55,077 nt of DNA from Marmoricola sp. Lineage in GTDB: Bacteria > Actinomycetota > Actinomycetes > Propionibacteriales > Nocardioidaceae. Shown one piece after another: positions 9,369 to 18,066 of the stretch. The translations under genes and the position numbers were made by a program. Under the pieces are notes generated by a model. The model ran no database searches, was not told the origin of the DNA, and saw only the letters and a list, made by a program, of their open reading frames with translations. How positions within the stretch are numbered: position 1 is the stretch's first letter; each line of letters starts with the position of its first letter. The DNA lies in contig JASLCW010000020.1 in NCBI GenBank assembly GCA_030151765.1, forward strand, positions 1 to 55,077, in the 5' to 3' direction.

Positions 9369-11092
9369 AGGTCGTGACCACCACGTCAGAGAACACCGCA
9401 CCGACAACTCCTGAGACCGCCACCGACGTGGTCACCGTTGCAGTCCGGCACGACAATGTCGCCCCGCTGCTCACCGTGGAGGACCTGCACGTCTCCTTCG
9501 GCGACACCGAAGTCGTCAAGGGCGTCTCCTTCGAGGCCCGACCGGGCCGCTGCCTGGCGATCGTGGGGGAGTCGGGTTCGGGCAAGAGCGTCACGGCCCG
9601 CACGCTCGTCGGTCTCACGGGCGCCGGTTCCCAAGTGAGTGCGGGGAGGCTCGAGCTGGCCGACACCGATCTCCGCGAGGTCGGCGAGCGCGCCTGGCGC
9701 CGGATCCGAGGCAAGGAGATCGGCTTCGTCCTCCAGGATGCGCTGGTCTCGCTGGACCAGCTCCGGACCGTCGGCGCCGAGGTGGCCGAGCCGCTCCGCC
9801 TGCACGGTTGGGGGACTCGCCCGGAGCGGGCCGCCAAGGCGGTCGAGGTCCTCGGCTCGGTGGGCGTGCCGGAACCGGAGGTGCGTGTGCGCCAACGTCC
9901 CTATGAGCTCTCCGGCGGACTTCGTCAGCGAGCGCTGATCGCCTCAGAGATCGAGCTCGACCCGCCGCTGCTGATCGCCGACGAGCCGACCACGGCGCTC
10001 GACGTGACCGTGCAGGCGCAGATTCTCGACCTGCTCGCCGCTTCGAAGGAGAGGGGTACGGCGATCATCCTGATCAGCCATGACCTGTCGGTGGTGGCGC
10101 GGCTGGCCGACGACGTGGCCGTCATGAGAGATGGCGAGATCGTCGAGTACGGGCCGACGCACCAGGTGCTGATCCGGCCGCGGCACGAGTACACGATGGC
10201 GCTGATCGACGCCGTACCGTCCGAGCACACTCGGGGAACACGCCTGGTCCGTGACGCCGGTGCCGTCGAGCGGTCGGCGCCGCGCCATCGCCGGAGCGTC
10301 GACCGTGGTCGCCCCCTCCTCGAGGCGCGCCACCTGACCAAGCTCTTCCGCGGTCCGGACGGCGTGGACCGGAAGGCTGTCGACGACGTCTCCTTCGATC
10401 TCTTCGCCGGCGAGACGCTCGGCATCGTCGGGGAGTCAGGTTCCGGAAAGACCACGACAGCTCGGATCGCCCTTGCCTTGTTGGCTTCCGAGCAGGGTGA
10501 GGTCCTCCTGCGCGGCAAGCCGTGGAGCAGCCTGACGTCGGCGCAGAGACGGCCGGTGCGTAGCCGGGTCGGTGTTGTCTACCAGGATCCGCTGAGCTCC
10601 TTCGATCCGCGCTGGAGTGTTGGCCGAATCCTCGTCGATGCGCTCTCACGTGGTCCCAATCCGCCGACCAGCAAGGGCGAATCGAGGACGCGGGCGATCG
10701 AGTTGTTGGAGCGGGTCGGCCTGGGGGAGAAGCACATCGACGCCGGTCCGTTGCGCCTCTCGGGTGGGCAGCGTCAGCGCGTCGCGATCGCGCGGGCACT
10801 CGCGCCCGAACCGGAGCTGATCGTCTGCGACGAGCCGGTCTCGGCACTCGATGTGTCCGTGCAGGCGCAGGTCCTCGACCTGCTCACCGACCTGCAGGAC
10901 CAGTTGGGCGTCACTTACCTGTTCATCTCCCACGACCTCGGTGTCATCCACCACATGAGTGATCGGGTGCTGGTGATGAAGGACGGTCGGGTGGTCGAGC
11001 GCGGAACCGCCGACGACATCTTCGCCCGGCCTCAGGATCCCTATACGCAAAGGCTGTTGACTGCTCTGCCGCGTCTGGAGCAGGCGTCGTGA
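9365..11092 (+). CDS. ABC transporter ATP-binding protein with two fused ATPase domains
   Basis: Two Walker A motifs (GESGSGKS, GESGSGKT) and two LSGG signatures. ATG 9365 overlaps the permease stop. Confidence 0.93.
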   Translation: MKVVTTTSENTAPTTPETATDVVTVAVRHDNVAPLLTVEDLHVSFGDTEVVKGVSFEARPGRCLAIVGESGSGKSVTARTLVGLTGAGSQVSAGRLELADTDLREVGERAWRRIRGKEIGFVLQDALVSLDQLRTVGAEVAEPLRLHGWGTRPERAAKAVEVLGSVGVPEPEVRVRQRPYELSGGLRQRALIASEIELDPPLLIADEPTTALDVTVQAQILDLLAASKERGTAIILISHDLSVVARLADDVAVMRDGEIVEYGPTHQVLIRPRHEYTMALIDAVPSEHTRGTRLVRDAGAVERSAPRHRRSVDRGRPLLEARHLTKLFRGPDGVDRKAVDDVSFDLFAGETLGIVGESGSGKTTTARIALALLASEQGEVLLRGKPWSSLTSAQRRPVRSRVGVVYQDPLSSFDPRWSVGRILVDALSRGPNPPTSKGESRTRAIELLERVGLGEKHIDAGPLRLSGGQRQRVAIARALAPEPELIVCDEPVSALDVSVQAQVLDLLTDLQDQLGVTYLFISHDLGVIHHMSDRVLVMKDGRVVERGTADDIFARPQDPYTQRLLTALPRLEQAS

Positions 11093-12330
11093 CGGCGTCG
11101 TACGACGGGATCACGGACGCGGAGCTCACCGAGCGCTTCGCCCCGGTCTTCGCGGTCATCGCCGCCGGAGCCGTCGAACGCGAGGCCGATCGGCAGCTGC
11201 CCTTCGACGAGGTGGAGCAGTTGCGCGCATCGGGCTTCACGCGGATCCGGGTGCCGCGCTCGCACGGCGGACTGGGCGCGAGCCTGTCCCAGTTCTTCGA
11301 CCAGCTCATCGAGCTGGGCCGTGCGGACTCGAACCTCCCGCAGCTGTTGCGCGGCCATTTCGCGTTCGTCGAGACGAGCCTTGCCTTGACTGATCCGGAG
11401 CTCCGCAACCGCTGGCTCGACCGGATCGGCTCCGGCGTCCTCGTCGGCAATGCGCAGAGCGAGCAGAACAGCGCCTCCTTCTGGGAGAACGAGACGAGGA
11501 TCAGCAGGGCCTCCGATGCGCAGGAGTGGCGATTGTCGGGACGCAAGTTCTATTCGACCGGCAGCCTCTTCGCAGACTGGATCCTGACGACGGCCAGCCT
11601 CGACGACGAGCGCAGCGCCACCGTCCTGGTGCCGACCTCGGCTTCGGGTGTGGCGCGGATCGACGACTGGGACGGCTTCGGACAGCGCCTGACCGGCAGC
11701 GGTACGACGATCTTCGACGACGTCGAGATCCAGCTCGACGATGTCGAGATCTATGCCAACGGCACGCCCCCTGCCACCCATCTGCTCGCCTTCTACCAAT
11801 TGGTGCATCTGGCGGCGCTCTCCGGCATCGGACTCCGCGCTGTCGACGACGCCGTCGCCTTCGTGCGGCAGCGCACCCGCAATCTGGCGAATCCCGCCTA
11901 CCCGGAGCCGAAGGACGATCCCCAGGTGCAGGAGGTCGTCGGGCGGATCCGCTCCGCCAGTTTCGCGGCGGTAGCCACCACGCGCGCGGCGGTCGCCGCG
12001 GTTGAAAGGCTGACGGCGGAGCAGTCCGCCAGGACGGCCACGGAGGCGTCGTACGACGAGGCGGAGATCGCCACCTTCAGCGCGCAGCAGCAGGTGATCG
12101 AGCTGGTGCTGCGGCTGACCAGCGAGCTCTTCGAGGTGGGCGGCAGTTCGGCGGTGACCGACCGCTTCCGTCTCGACCGCCACTGGCGCAATGCGCGCAC
12201 GCTGGCCTCGCACAACCCGGTCATCTATCGCACGCGGCTGGTCGGCGCCCATGCACTCGACGGCACCAGCCCCGGGGCCGACGTACGGAAGACCTGGCGG
12301 GACGTCCAGGAGCGGCGGGATCGCGCGTGA
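11089..12330 (+). CDS. DszC/SfnB-like flavin-dependent monooxygenase (acyl-CoA dehydrogenase fold)
   Basis: ADSNLPQLLRGHF, KFYSTGSLFADW, DDWDGFGQRLTGSG, LDRHWRNARTLASHNP. Confidence 0.88.
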   Translation: MTASYDGITDAELTERFAPVFAVIAAGAVEREADRQLPFDEVEQLRASGFTRIRVPRSHGGLGASLSQFFDQLIELGRADSNLPQLLRGHFAFVETSLALTDPELRNRWLDRIGSGVLVGNAQSEQNSASFWENETRISRASDAQEWRLSGRKFYSTGSLFADWILTTASLDDERSATVLVPTSASGVARIDDWDGFGQRLTGSGTTIFDDVEIQLDDVEIYANGTPPATHLLAFYQLVHLAALSGIGLRAVDDAVAFVRQRTRNLANPAYPEPKDDPQVQEVVGRIRSASFAAVATTRAAVAAVERLTAEQSARTATEASYDEAEIATFSAQQQVIELVLRLTSELFEVGGSSAVTDRFRLDRHWRNARTLASHNPVIYRTRLVGAHALDGTSPGADVRKTWRDVQERRDRA

Positions 12331-12360
12331 TCGGCAGCGCCGATCGGCGGTTCGCCCTTT
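12329..12360 (+). terminator. Possible terminator/hairpins after the first sulfur operon
   Basis: GATCGGC-AGC-GCCGATC (12329-12345), followed by GGCG-GTT-CGCC and a short T run. Confidence 0.3.
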
Positions 12361-12401
12361 CCTGCATTCGGAAAGTCCCGCAGCGGGTGAGTTCGCCCTT
12401 A

Positions 12402-12424
12402 TTGTCTAGTGAACGAGTCGACAA
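12402..12424. promoter_or_regulatory. Second copy of the sulfur-locus operator
   Basis: TTGTCTAGTGAACGAGTCGACAA, dyad TTGTC...GACAA, same spacing as the 2832 site. Confidence 0.6.
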
Positions 12425-12447
12425 AGATCTGAAGGAGAGGTGACGGC

Positions 12448-13659
12448 ATGTCCGCCGTACAGGTCCACGAGGCACCGGCGCGGCTCCCGCTGCTGGACTC
12501 GCGGGACGCCGTGGAGGTCGCGGCCGGCCTCGCGGAGGAGTTCGCACACGGTGCGGCAACGCGGGATCGAGGGCGCATCCTCCCGACCACAGAGGTCCGG
12601 CGACTGGCTGCGAGCGGCCTACTCGCGATCACGGTGCCACGCGAGCACGGTGGCGCCGGCCTCCCGGCCTCGACGGTGGCAGAGGTGATCCGCCTGCTCG
12701 CGCGCACCGACCCGAACATCGCCCAGATCCCGCACAGCCACTTCGTCTACGCCAACCAGCTCCGACTGCAGGGAACGCAGGCACAGCAGGCACGCATCTT
12801 CGACGAGCTGCTTGCCGGCGCGACCATCGGCAATGCCCAGTCCGAGCGGGGCACGAAGCACGTTCGCGACTTCACCACCACCCTGGTGCGCGACGGCGAT
12901 GCCTGGCGGCTCGAGGGGACCAAGGCCTACTGCACGGGCGCCTACTTCGCGGACTGGCTCGCGGTGCTGGCACACCGGGGAGTCGACGGACCGCTGCACG
13001 TCGCCTGGGTACGACGCGATGCTCCCGGTGTCGAGGTCATCGATGACTGGGACGGCATCGGTCAGCGCACCACCGCGAGTGGGACCGTCCGGTTGACCGA
13101 TGTCCTCGTCACCGACGACCTGATCACCGACTTCTCGGTCACCTTCACCGGCCCTTCGACGTACGGCGCCTACGCGCAACTGCTCCACGCGGCGATCGAC
13201 GCGGGGATCGCGCGGGGTGCGCTCACGGAGGCTGCCGCCTTCGTCGCCACCAAGAGCCGGCCCTACCCCGACTCCGGTCTCGAACGCCATGCGGAGGATC
13301 CGCTCGTGGTCCAGGCCTTCGGAGAAGTCGAGCTCGCCGTGCGCGCCGCCGAGGCTCTCCTGGCCGAGGCCGGCCGTCGAGTCGATGCCGCCGACGACGA
13401 ACTGACCACCGAGAACGCGGCTGCGGCCAGCTTGGCCGTGGCCGCCGCCCGAGCGGCGACCACCCAGGCCGCTCTCGACGCGTCCGGCCGTCTCTTCGAG
13501 GTTGCGGGCACACGTTCCGCACTGGCCTCCGAAGGCCTCGACCGGCACTGGCGCAATGCCCGCACCCACACCCTGCACGACCCCGTCGCCTGGAAGATCC
13601 AGCACCTCGGCCGTTGGGCCGTCGACGGAACCCTGCCCCCACGACACGGACAGCTGTGA
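12448..13659 (+). CDS. sfnB: SfnB-family sulfur-acquisition oxidoreductase
   Basis: DPNIAQIPHSHF, GNAQSE, DDWDGIGQRTTASG, LDRHWRNARTHTLHDP; GGAGAGG RBS. Confidence 0.85.
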   Translation: MSAVQVHEAPARLPLLDSRDAVEVAAGLAEEFAHGAATRDRGRILPTTEVRRLAASGLLAITVPREHGGAGLPASTVAEVIRLLARTDPNIAQIPHSHFVYANQLRLQGTQAQQARIFDELLAGATIGNAQSERGTKHVRDFTTTLVRDGDAWRLEGTKAYCTGAYFADWLAVLAHRGVDGPLHVAWVRRDAPGVEVIDDWDGIGQRTTASGTVRLTDVLVTDDLITDFSVTFTGPSTYGAYAQLLHAAIDAGIARGALTEAAAFVATKSRPYPDSGLERHAEDPLVVQAFGEVELAVRAAEALLAEAGRRVDAADDELTTENAAAASLAVAAARAATTQAALDASGRLFEVAGTRSALASEGLDRHWRNARTHTLHDPVAWKIQHLGRWAVDGTLPPRHGQL

Positions 13660-13662
13660 GAC

Positions 13663-14826
13663 ATGAGTGATCTGACTTTCCATTGGTTCCTGCCCACCAA
13701 CGGCGGCGACGGGCGCGACATCGTCGGAGGCGGCCACGGCACCGCCGTCGAGGCCGCCGGCGGCCGACCCGCGTCCGTGCCCTATCTGGGCCAGATCGCG
13801 CGTTCGGCGGAGCAACTCGGCTTCGTCGGTGCGCTCACGCCGACGGGCGCCTGGTGCGAGGACGCGTGGATCTCCACCGCGATGTTGAGCAGCCTCTCCG
13901 AGCGGCTGAAATTCCTGGTGGCCTTCCGGCCCGGCCTCACCGCCCCCTTCCTGGCCGCGCAGATGGCGGGCTCCTTCCAGAACCTCTCCGGCGGCCGTCT
14001 GCTGCTCAACGTGGTCACCGGAGGAGAGAGCCACGAGCAGCGCATGTACGGCGACTTCCTGGACAAGGACGGCCGCTACGAGCGCTGCGCGGAGTTCCTC
14101 GAGATCGTGAAGCGGCTCTGGTCGGGAGAGGTGGTCAACCATCGGGGCAAGCACTACCGGGTCGAGAATGCCCAATTGGCGCAGGTGCCCGACGTACTGC
14201 CGCAGATCTACTTCGGCGGCTCCTCCCCGGCTGCTCTCGAGGTGGCCGCACGCCACGTGGACGTCTACCTGACCTGGGGTGAGCCGCCGGAGGCGGTGGC
14301 GGCGAAGGTGCGGTCGCTGCGGGAACTCGCCGACCGCGCCGGGCGTGAACTGCGCTTCGGCATTCGCCTGCACACGATCGCTCGCGACTCCGCGGAGGAG
14401 GCTTGGGCCGAGGCCGACCGTCTGGTGTCGGGCATCTCCGACGAGACGATCCGCCGCGTCCAGGACGGCCTGCGTCGCAGTGAGTCCGAGGGGCAGCGCC
14501 GGATGCTGGCACTGAACGGCGGTGCGAAGGACGGGCTCGAGATCCACCCCAACCTGTGGGCCGGCGTGGGCCTGGTCCGCGGGGGTGCCGGAACCGCACT
14601 GGTCGGCAGCCACCAGGAGATCGCCGACCTGATCGAGGAGTACGCCGCCCTCGGCATCGAGGAGTTCGTCCTGTCCGGCTATCCGCACCTCGAGGAGGCC
14701 TACCGTTTCGGCGAGGGCGTACTCCCCGAACTCGCCCGCCGCGGTCGCTGGACACACCCGGCACCACCTCGGGCCGCCGCGCCCGTCGTACCGTTCGCCG
14801 GTTCGCCGAGGGAGGCTGCCTCGTGA
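13663..14826 (+). CDS. ssuD: Alkanesulfonate monooxygenase (SsuD/MsuD-like, luciferase-like family)
   Basis: FHWFLPT, GALTPTGAWCEDAW, LKFLVAFRPG, PNLWAGVGLVRGGAGTALVG, SGYPHLEEAY. Confidence 0.88.
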   Translation: MSDLTFHWFLPTNGGDGRDIVGGGHGTAVEAAGGRPASVPYLGQIARSAEQLGFVGALTPTGAWCEDAWISTAMLSSLSERLKFLVAFRPGLTAPFLAAQMAGSFQNLSGGRLLLNVVTGGESHEQRMYGDFLDKDGRYERCAEFLEIVKRLWSGEVVNHRGKHYRVENAQLAQVPDVLPQIYFGGSSPAALEVAARHVDVYLTWGEPPEAVAAKVRSLRELADRAGRELRFGIRLHTIARDSAEEAWAEADRLVSGISDETIRRVQDGLRRSESEGQRRMLALNGGAKDGLEIHPNLWAGVGLVRGGAGTALVGSHQEIADLIEEYAALGIEEFVLSGYPHLEEAYRFGEGVLPELARRGRWTHPAPPRAAAPVVPFAGSPREAAS

Positions 14827-15332
14827 GTGTCGCCGTCGTCGTCGGCAACCCGAAGCCGGCCAGCCGCACCCTCCATGCCGCCACCCGGGTCGCCCGCTCA
14901 CTGAGCGGGGCCGAACCGGATCTCGTGATCGACCTGGCCGGGCTCGGGCCCGAGCTGTTGGACTGGTCCTCGTCGTCGATCGCCGCGTTGGTCGAGCAGG
15001 TCGGCCGGGCCGATCTGGTGGTCGTCGCGAGTCCGACGTACAAAGGCACTTACACCGGCCTGCTGAAGCTCTTCCTCGACCGATTTGCCGGTGGCACCGG
15101 CCTGAGCGGACTCGCCGTACCCCTGATGCTCGGTGCTAGTCCGGCTCATGCACTCGCGCCGGAGCTGTCACTGCGCCCCGTTCTGACCGAGATCGGCGCG
15201 ACCGTGCCGGGACGCGGACTCTTCGTGCTCGACAGCGCGTACGACGACCCCGCGGCGTATGAGCCATGGCTGGCCGGCGCCCGTCCTCTCGTCGAGAGCC
15301 GGCTGAACCGATCGGCGGAGGTGCTTCGATGA
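14823..15332 (+). CDS. NAD(P)H-dependent FMN reductase (SsuE/MsuE-like)
   Basis: GNPKPASRT and ASPTYKGTYTGLLKLFLD; GTG overlaps the ssuD stop. Confidence 0.88.
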   Translation: MSVAVVVGNPKPASRTLHAATRVARSLSGAEPDLVIDLAGLGPELLDWSSSSIAALVEQVGRADLVVVASPTYKGTYTGLLKLFLDRFAGGTGLSGLAVPLMLGASPAHALAPELSLRPVLTEIGATVPGRGLFVLDSAYDDPAAYEPWLAGARPLVESRLNRSAEVLR

Positions 15333-15856
15333 GTGCGGTGCCGCTTTCCCCCGAGCACGGCATCTTCGCGACCAATCAGGATCTCGACCCCGTCCGGCTG
15401 CGTCAGGCCTTCGGGACCTTCCCGAGTGGTGTGGTCGCCGTGGCGGCCGAGGTGGAGGGTCGGGTCACGGGGCTCGCGGCCAGCTCGTTCACCTCCGTGA
15501 GCCTCGACCCGCCGCTGGTCTCCTTCTCGATCGCGAACACCTCCAAGACCTGGCCCGACCTGCGCCGCGCATCGCATCTCGGCGTCACCGTCCTTGCCGA
15601 CCATCACGGCGCCGCAGCTCGACAGCTCGCCGGGCCGGTGGACGAGCGCTTCGCCGGCCTCGACGTGGTGATCAGCGAGGACGGTGCCGCGACCCTGGCC
15701 GACGGGCTTGCCAGCTTCGACACCACGATCGACAACGAGGTCGTCGCCGGCGATCACACCATCGTCCTGCTGCGGCTCCATGCCGTGCAGCAGGCCCCGT
15801 CGCGGCCTCCCCTCGTCTTCCACGGCAGCGGTTTCCGGCAGCTGGTCGTGGACTGA
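15329..15856 (+). CDS. Flavin reductase, HpaC/DszD-like
   Basis: LRQAFGTFPSGV, SFTSVSLDPPLV, AGDHTIV, PLVF. Confidence 0.9.
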   Translation: MSAVPLSPEHGIFATNQDLDPVRLRQAFGTFPSGVVAVAAEVEGRVTGLAASSFTSVSLDPPLVSFSIANTSKTWPDLRRASHLGVTVLADHHGAAARQLAGPVDERFAGLDVVISEDGAATLADGLASFDTTIDNEVVAGDHTIVLLRLHAVQQAPSRPPLVFHGSGFRQLVVD

Positions 15857-15891
15857 ACCGCTCGGGGAAGCCGCCCGGATAGGGATCCGCG

Positions 15892-16452
15892 TCACTCAAG
15901 TGTCTCGGGTACCGGGCAGTCGCGTGGCACGAATCCGGTGACGACGAGCATGCGCCCGACGCCGGCCAGGACTGAAGCGCACATCAGCAGCTCGGCGACC
16001 TGCTCGTCATCGAAGTGACCGCGCAAACGCGCCCAGTCCTCGTCGCTCAGCGAGTCGCCATCGTGGAAGGGCGAGAGTCGGTAGGCGAGGTCAGCAGCGA
16101 CAGCGTCCGCCTCAGGCAATGCCGACAGGTCGAGCGCCAGGACCGCGTCGATCTCCACCTGCGTGATGCCGTGGGCCAGTGCCGATGCAACGTCCTGGGC
16201 CTGACAGAAGTGGCAGCCGCTGACGCCCGCGAGCACCAGCCGCACGAGCTCCTTGGTACGCCGGGGAAGTGCTCCCTCCGCGAAGAGCCGAGGGTAGAAC
16301 TCGGCCCAGTACAGATTCGCTGCACGCTCGGAATGAGCCATGTAGCGATGGAACCGGGCATCGACCCCGGCATCGTCGAGCCCGCGGACATGGTCGGCGA
16401 GGCTCACAGGCAGCTGGTCGTCCGTGACCTGGGGGAGTGCATCGATAGTCAT
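15892..16452 (-). CDS. AhpD/carboxymuconolactone decarboxylase-family protein
   Basis: LPRRTKELVRL...SGCHFC (CxxC) and LRGHFDDEQVAEL; GGAGAGG RBS before ATG 16452. Confidence 0.8.
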   Translation of the reverse strand: MTIDALPQVTDDQLPVSLADHVRGLDDAGVDARFHRYMAHSERAANLYWAEFYPRLFAEGALPRRTKELVRLVLAGVSGCHFCQAQDVASALAHGITQVEIDAVLALDLSALPEADAVAADLAYRLSPFHDGDSLSDEDWARLRGHFDDEQVAELLMCASVLAGVGRMLVVTGFVPRDCPVPETLE

Positions 16453-16498
16453 GTCTTCCTCTCCAACCGGGGTGGCCGGCATCTGTCGGTCAGGGTGA

Positions 16499-16699
16499 TC
16501 AGGTATCCGGATGCGCGAGCGCGGTTGCCGGCTCCGTCTCGTGGTCCATGGGGATGGCGTAGAGGCGCTGGATGGCTGCATCGATGGCCGTCATCGCGTC
16601 TGCGAGCGCGTCGATCTCCTCATCTGAGGCAGGAATGCCCGATCGCGTCACCAGGCTCTCCACGAAGCCGCGTCGGCGGTGGTGGTGACAGGTGCTCAT
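16499..16699 (-). CDS. Small amidase-associated protein (GatC/AtzG-like)
   Basis: 66 aa, coupled to the amidase stop; helical GIPASDEEIDAL segment and C-terminal ETEPA, as in GatC/AtzG-type partners. Confidence 0.5.
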   Translation of the reverse strand: MSTCHHHRRRGFVESLVTRSGIPASDEEIDALADAMTAIDAAIQRLYAIPMDHETEPATALAHPDT

Positions 16700-18066
16700 G
16701 CGGGGCTCGTCTCGTCGAAGGGGTGGGCTAGATGGTGGCTCGTGAGCTGTTGGTAAAGCCGACCGACAGCAAGGATCCGGTCATCGGCAAACGCCGGGCC
16801 GGCGAACTGCATGCCGACGGGCAGCCCCTCCACGGTTCCGATTGGCACCGACAATGCGGGCTCGCCGGTGGCATTCCAGTACTGCGTGTGCAGCAAGCCC
16901 ACAACTTCGTCGAAGTCGAGGGTCTCGGCGGGTGGCGCGATACCGCCGACGGTGGGCGCCACGATCACGTCGAGGTTGGTGTACATCGCAGCCGACTGGC
17001 GCTGAAGGTGCCGACGTACCCGCTGGAGCTGAACCGCATCGGCGCCGGTGACCAAGAGCCCGGTGAGGAGAGCTGCGCGGGTCACTGCGCCGTAATCGGC
17101 CCACCGGGCGCGTGCCTCGCCGTGGTGGTAGGCGAGGCCTTCGGCGGCCAGGCCGAGCATCACGACATCGATTGCCTCGGTGTAGAGCGGGAACCGCACC
17201 TCGTATGTCTTCGCACCGGCGTTGGCGAGGGTTGAGACAGCGGCGTCGACCAGAGCGCGCACCTCTGGCCGTGATCGTTCCAGGGGTTCCATTGCGATGC
17301 CCACCTTGAGACCGGCGAGGGTGGTCGGCGGGGCAGGGATCATTGTGGCCGGGGGGCGCCGCAGGGTGAGGGCATCCATCAGTAGTGCACAGTCCTCGGC
17401 CGTCCGTGCCATGGGGCCCACGTGGTCGAAGGACCAGGCCAGTGGCAGGACGCCGGTCTGGGAAACCAGACCATGTGTTGGCTTCAGACCAGTGATTCCG
17501 CACCAGGCAGCGGGCTCGCGGATCGATCCGGCGGTGTCGGTACCGAGACCACCGAGGGCGATACCGGTGGCTACTGCCGAGGCGGTGCCGGAACTGGAGC
17601 CTCCGGTCCACCGCGCGCGATCCCACGGGTTGCGTGGCAGCGGGAATGGAGAAGTGGGATCGGTGAAGCCTAGGGCGAACTCCATGGTCGTGGTCTTGCC
17701 GAGGAAGACAGCACCAGAGCGACGAAGGTCCGCGCATGCCGACGCGTCCGGCGTTGGAGTGAGGTCACGGATCAGGCTCTGCCCCGAGGTCGGCGCGTCT
17801 TCGGTGAACACGATGTCCTTGACAACGATGGGGATTCCGTCGAGCGGACCGAGAGGTGCGCCGCTGGCGCGACGGGCATCCGACTCGGCGGCTGCGTGGG
17901 CCGCCGCTTCGAGCGTGGGCGTCACGAAGATGCCGAGCGCGTCGTCCAGTGCGGCGACACCCCGAGCAGCGCGCTCGACCAGCTCGACAGCGCTGACCTC
18001 TCCGCGGTCCAGTGCTCGCCGCGCGTCGGCGATCGTCCGGGGGGCGTCAGTCAGCGAGAGTGGCAC
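16696..18066 (-). CDS. Amidase signature family enzyme
   Basis: GPLDGIPIVVKD, GGSSSGTA, GTDTAGSIREPA (Lys-Ser-Ser triad). Confidence 0.93.
   Translation of the reverse strand: MPLSLTDAPRTIADARRALDRGEVSAVELVERAARGVAALDDALGIFVTPTLEAAAHAAAESDARRASGAPLGPLDGIPIVVKDIVFTEDAPTSGQSLIRDLTPTPDASACADLRRSGAVFLGKTTTMEFALGFTDPTSPFPLPRNPWDRARWTGGSSSGTASAVATGIALGGLGTDTAGSIREPAAWCGITGLKPTHGLVSQTGVLPLAWSFDHVGPMARTAEDCALLMDALTLRRPPATMIPAPPTTLAGLKVGIAMEPLERSRPEVRALVDAAVSTLANAGAKTYEVRFPLYTEAIDVVMLGLAAEGLAYHHGEARARWADYGAVTRAALLTGLLVTGADAVQLQRVRRHLQRQSAAMYTNLDVIVAPTVGGIAPPAETLDFDEVVGLLHTQYWNATGEPALSVPIGTVEGLPVGMQFAGPAFADDRILAVGRLYQQLTSHHLAHPFDETSPA

Noticed and set aside
12619..14901. 760-aa minus-strand ORF and similar long shadow ORFs (2842-4383, 6132-7688, 52344-53882, 52522-54180)
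   Set aside because: They are antisense or off-frame to genes with clear motifs, have no recognisable domains, and are expected in high-GC DNA.
3055..15856. Complete dibenzothiophene 4S (dszABC) pathway
   Set aside because: No DszB-like desulfinase is present, and family-level motifs do not fix the substrate.
15876..15889. Hairpin CGGAT-AGGG-ATCCG as a bidirectional terminator
   Set aside because: The stem is only 5 bp with no T tract; too weak to call.
16499..18066. gatCA of the tRNA amidotransferase
   Set aside because: No gatB, the small gene lies downstream, and the context is catabolic.
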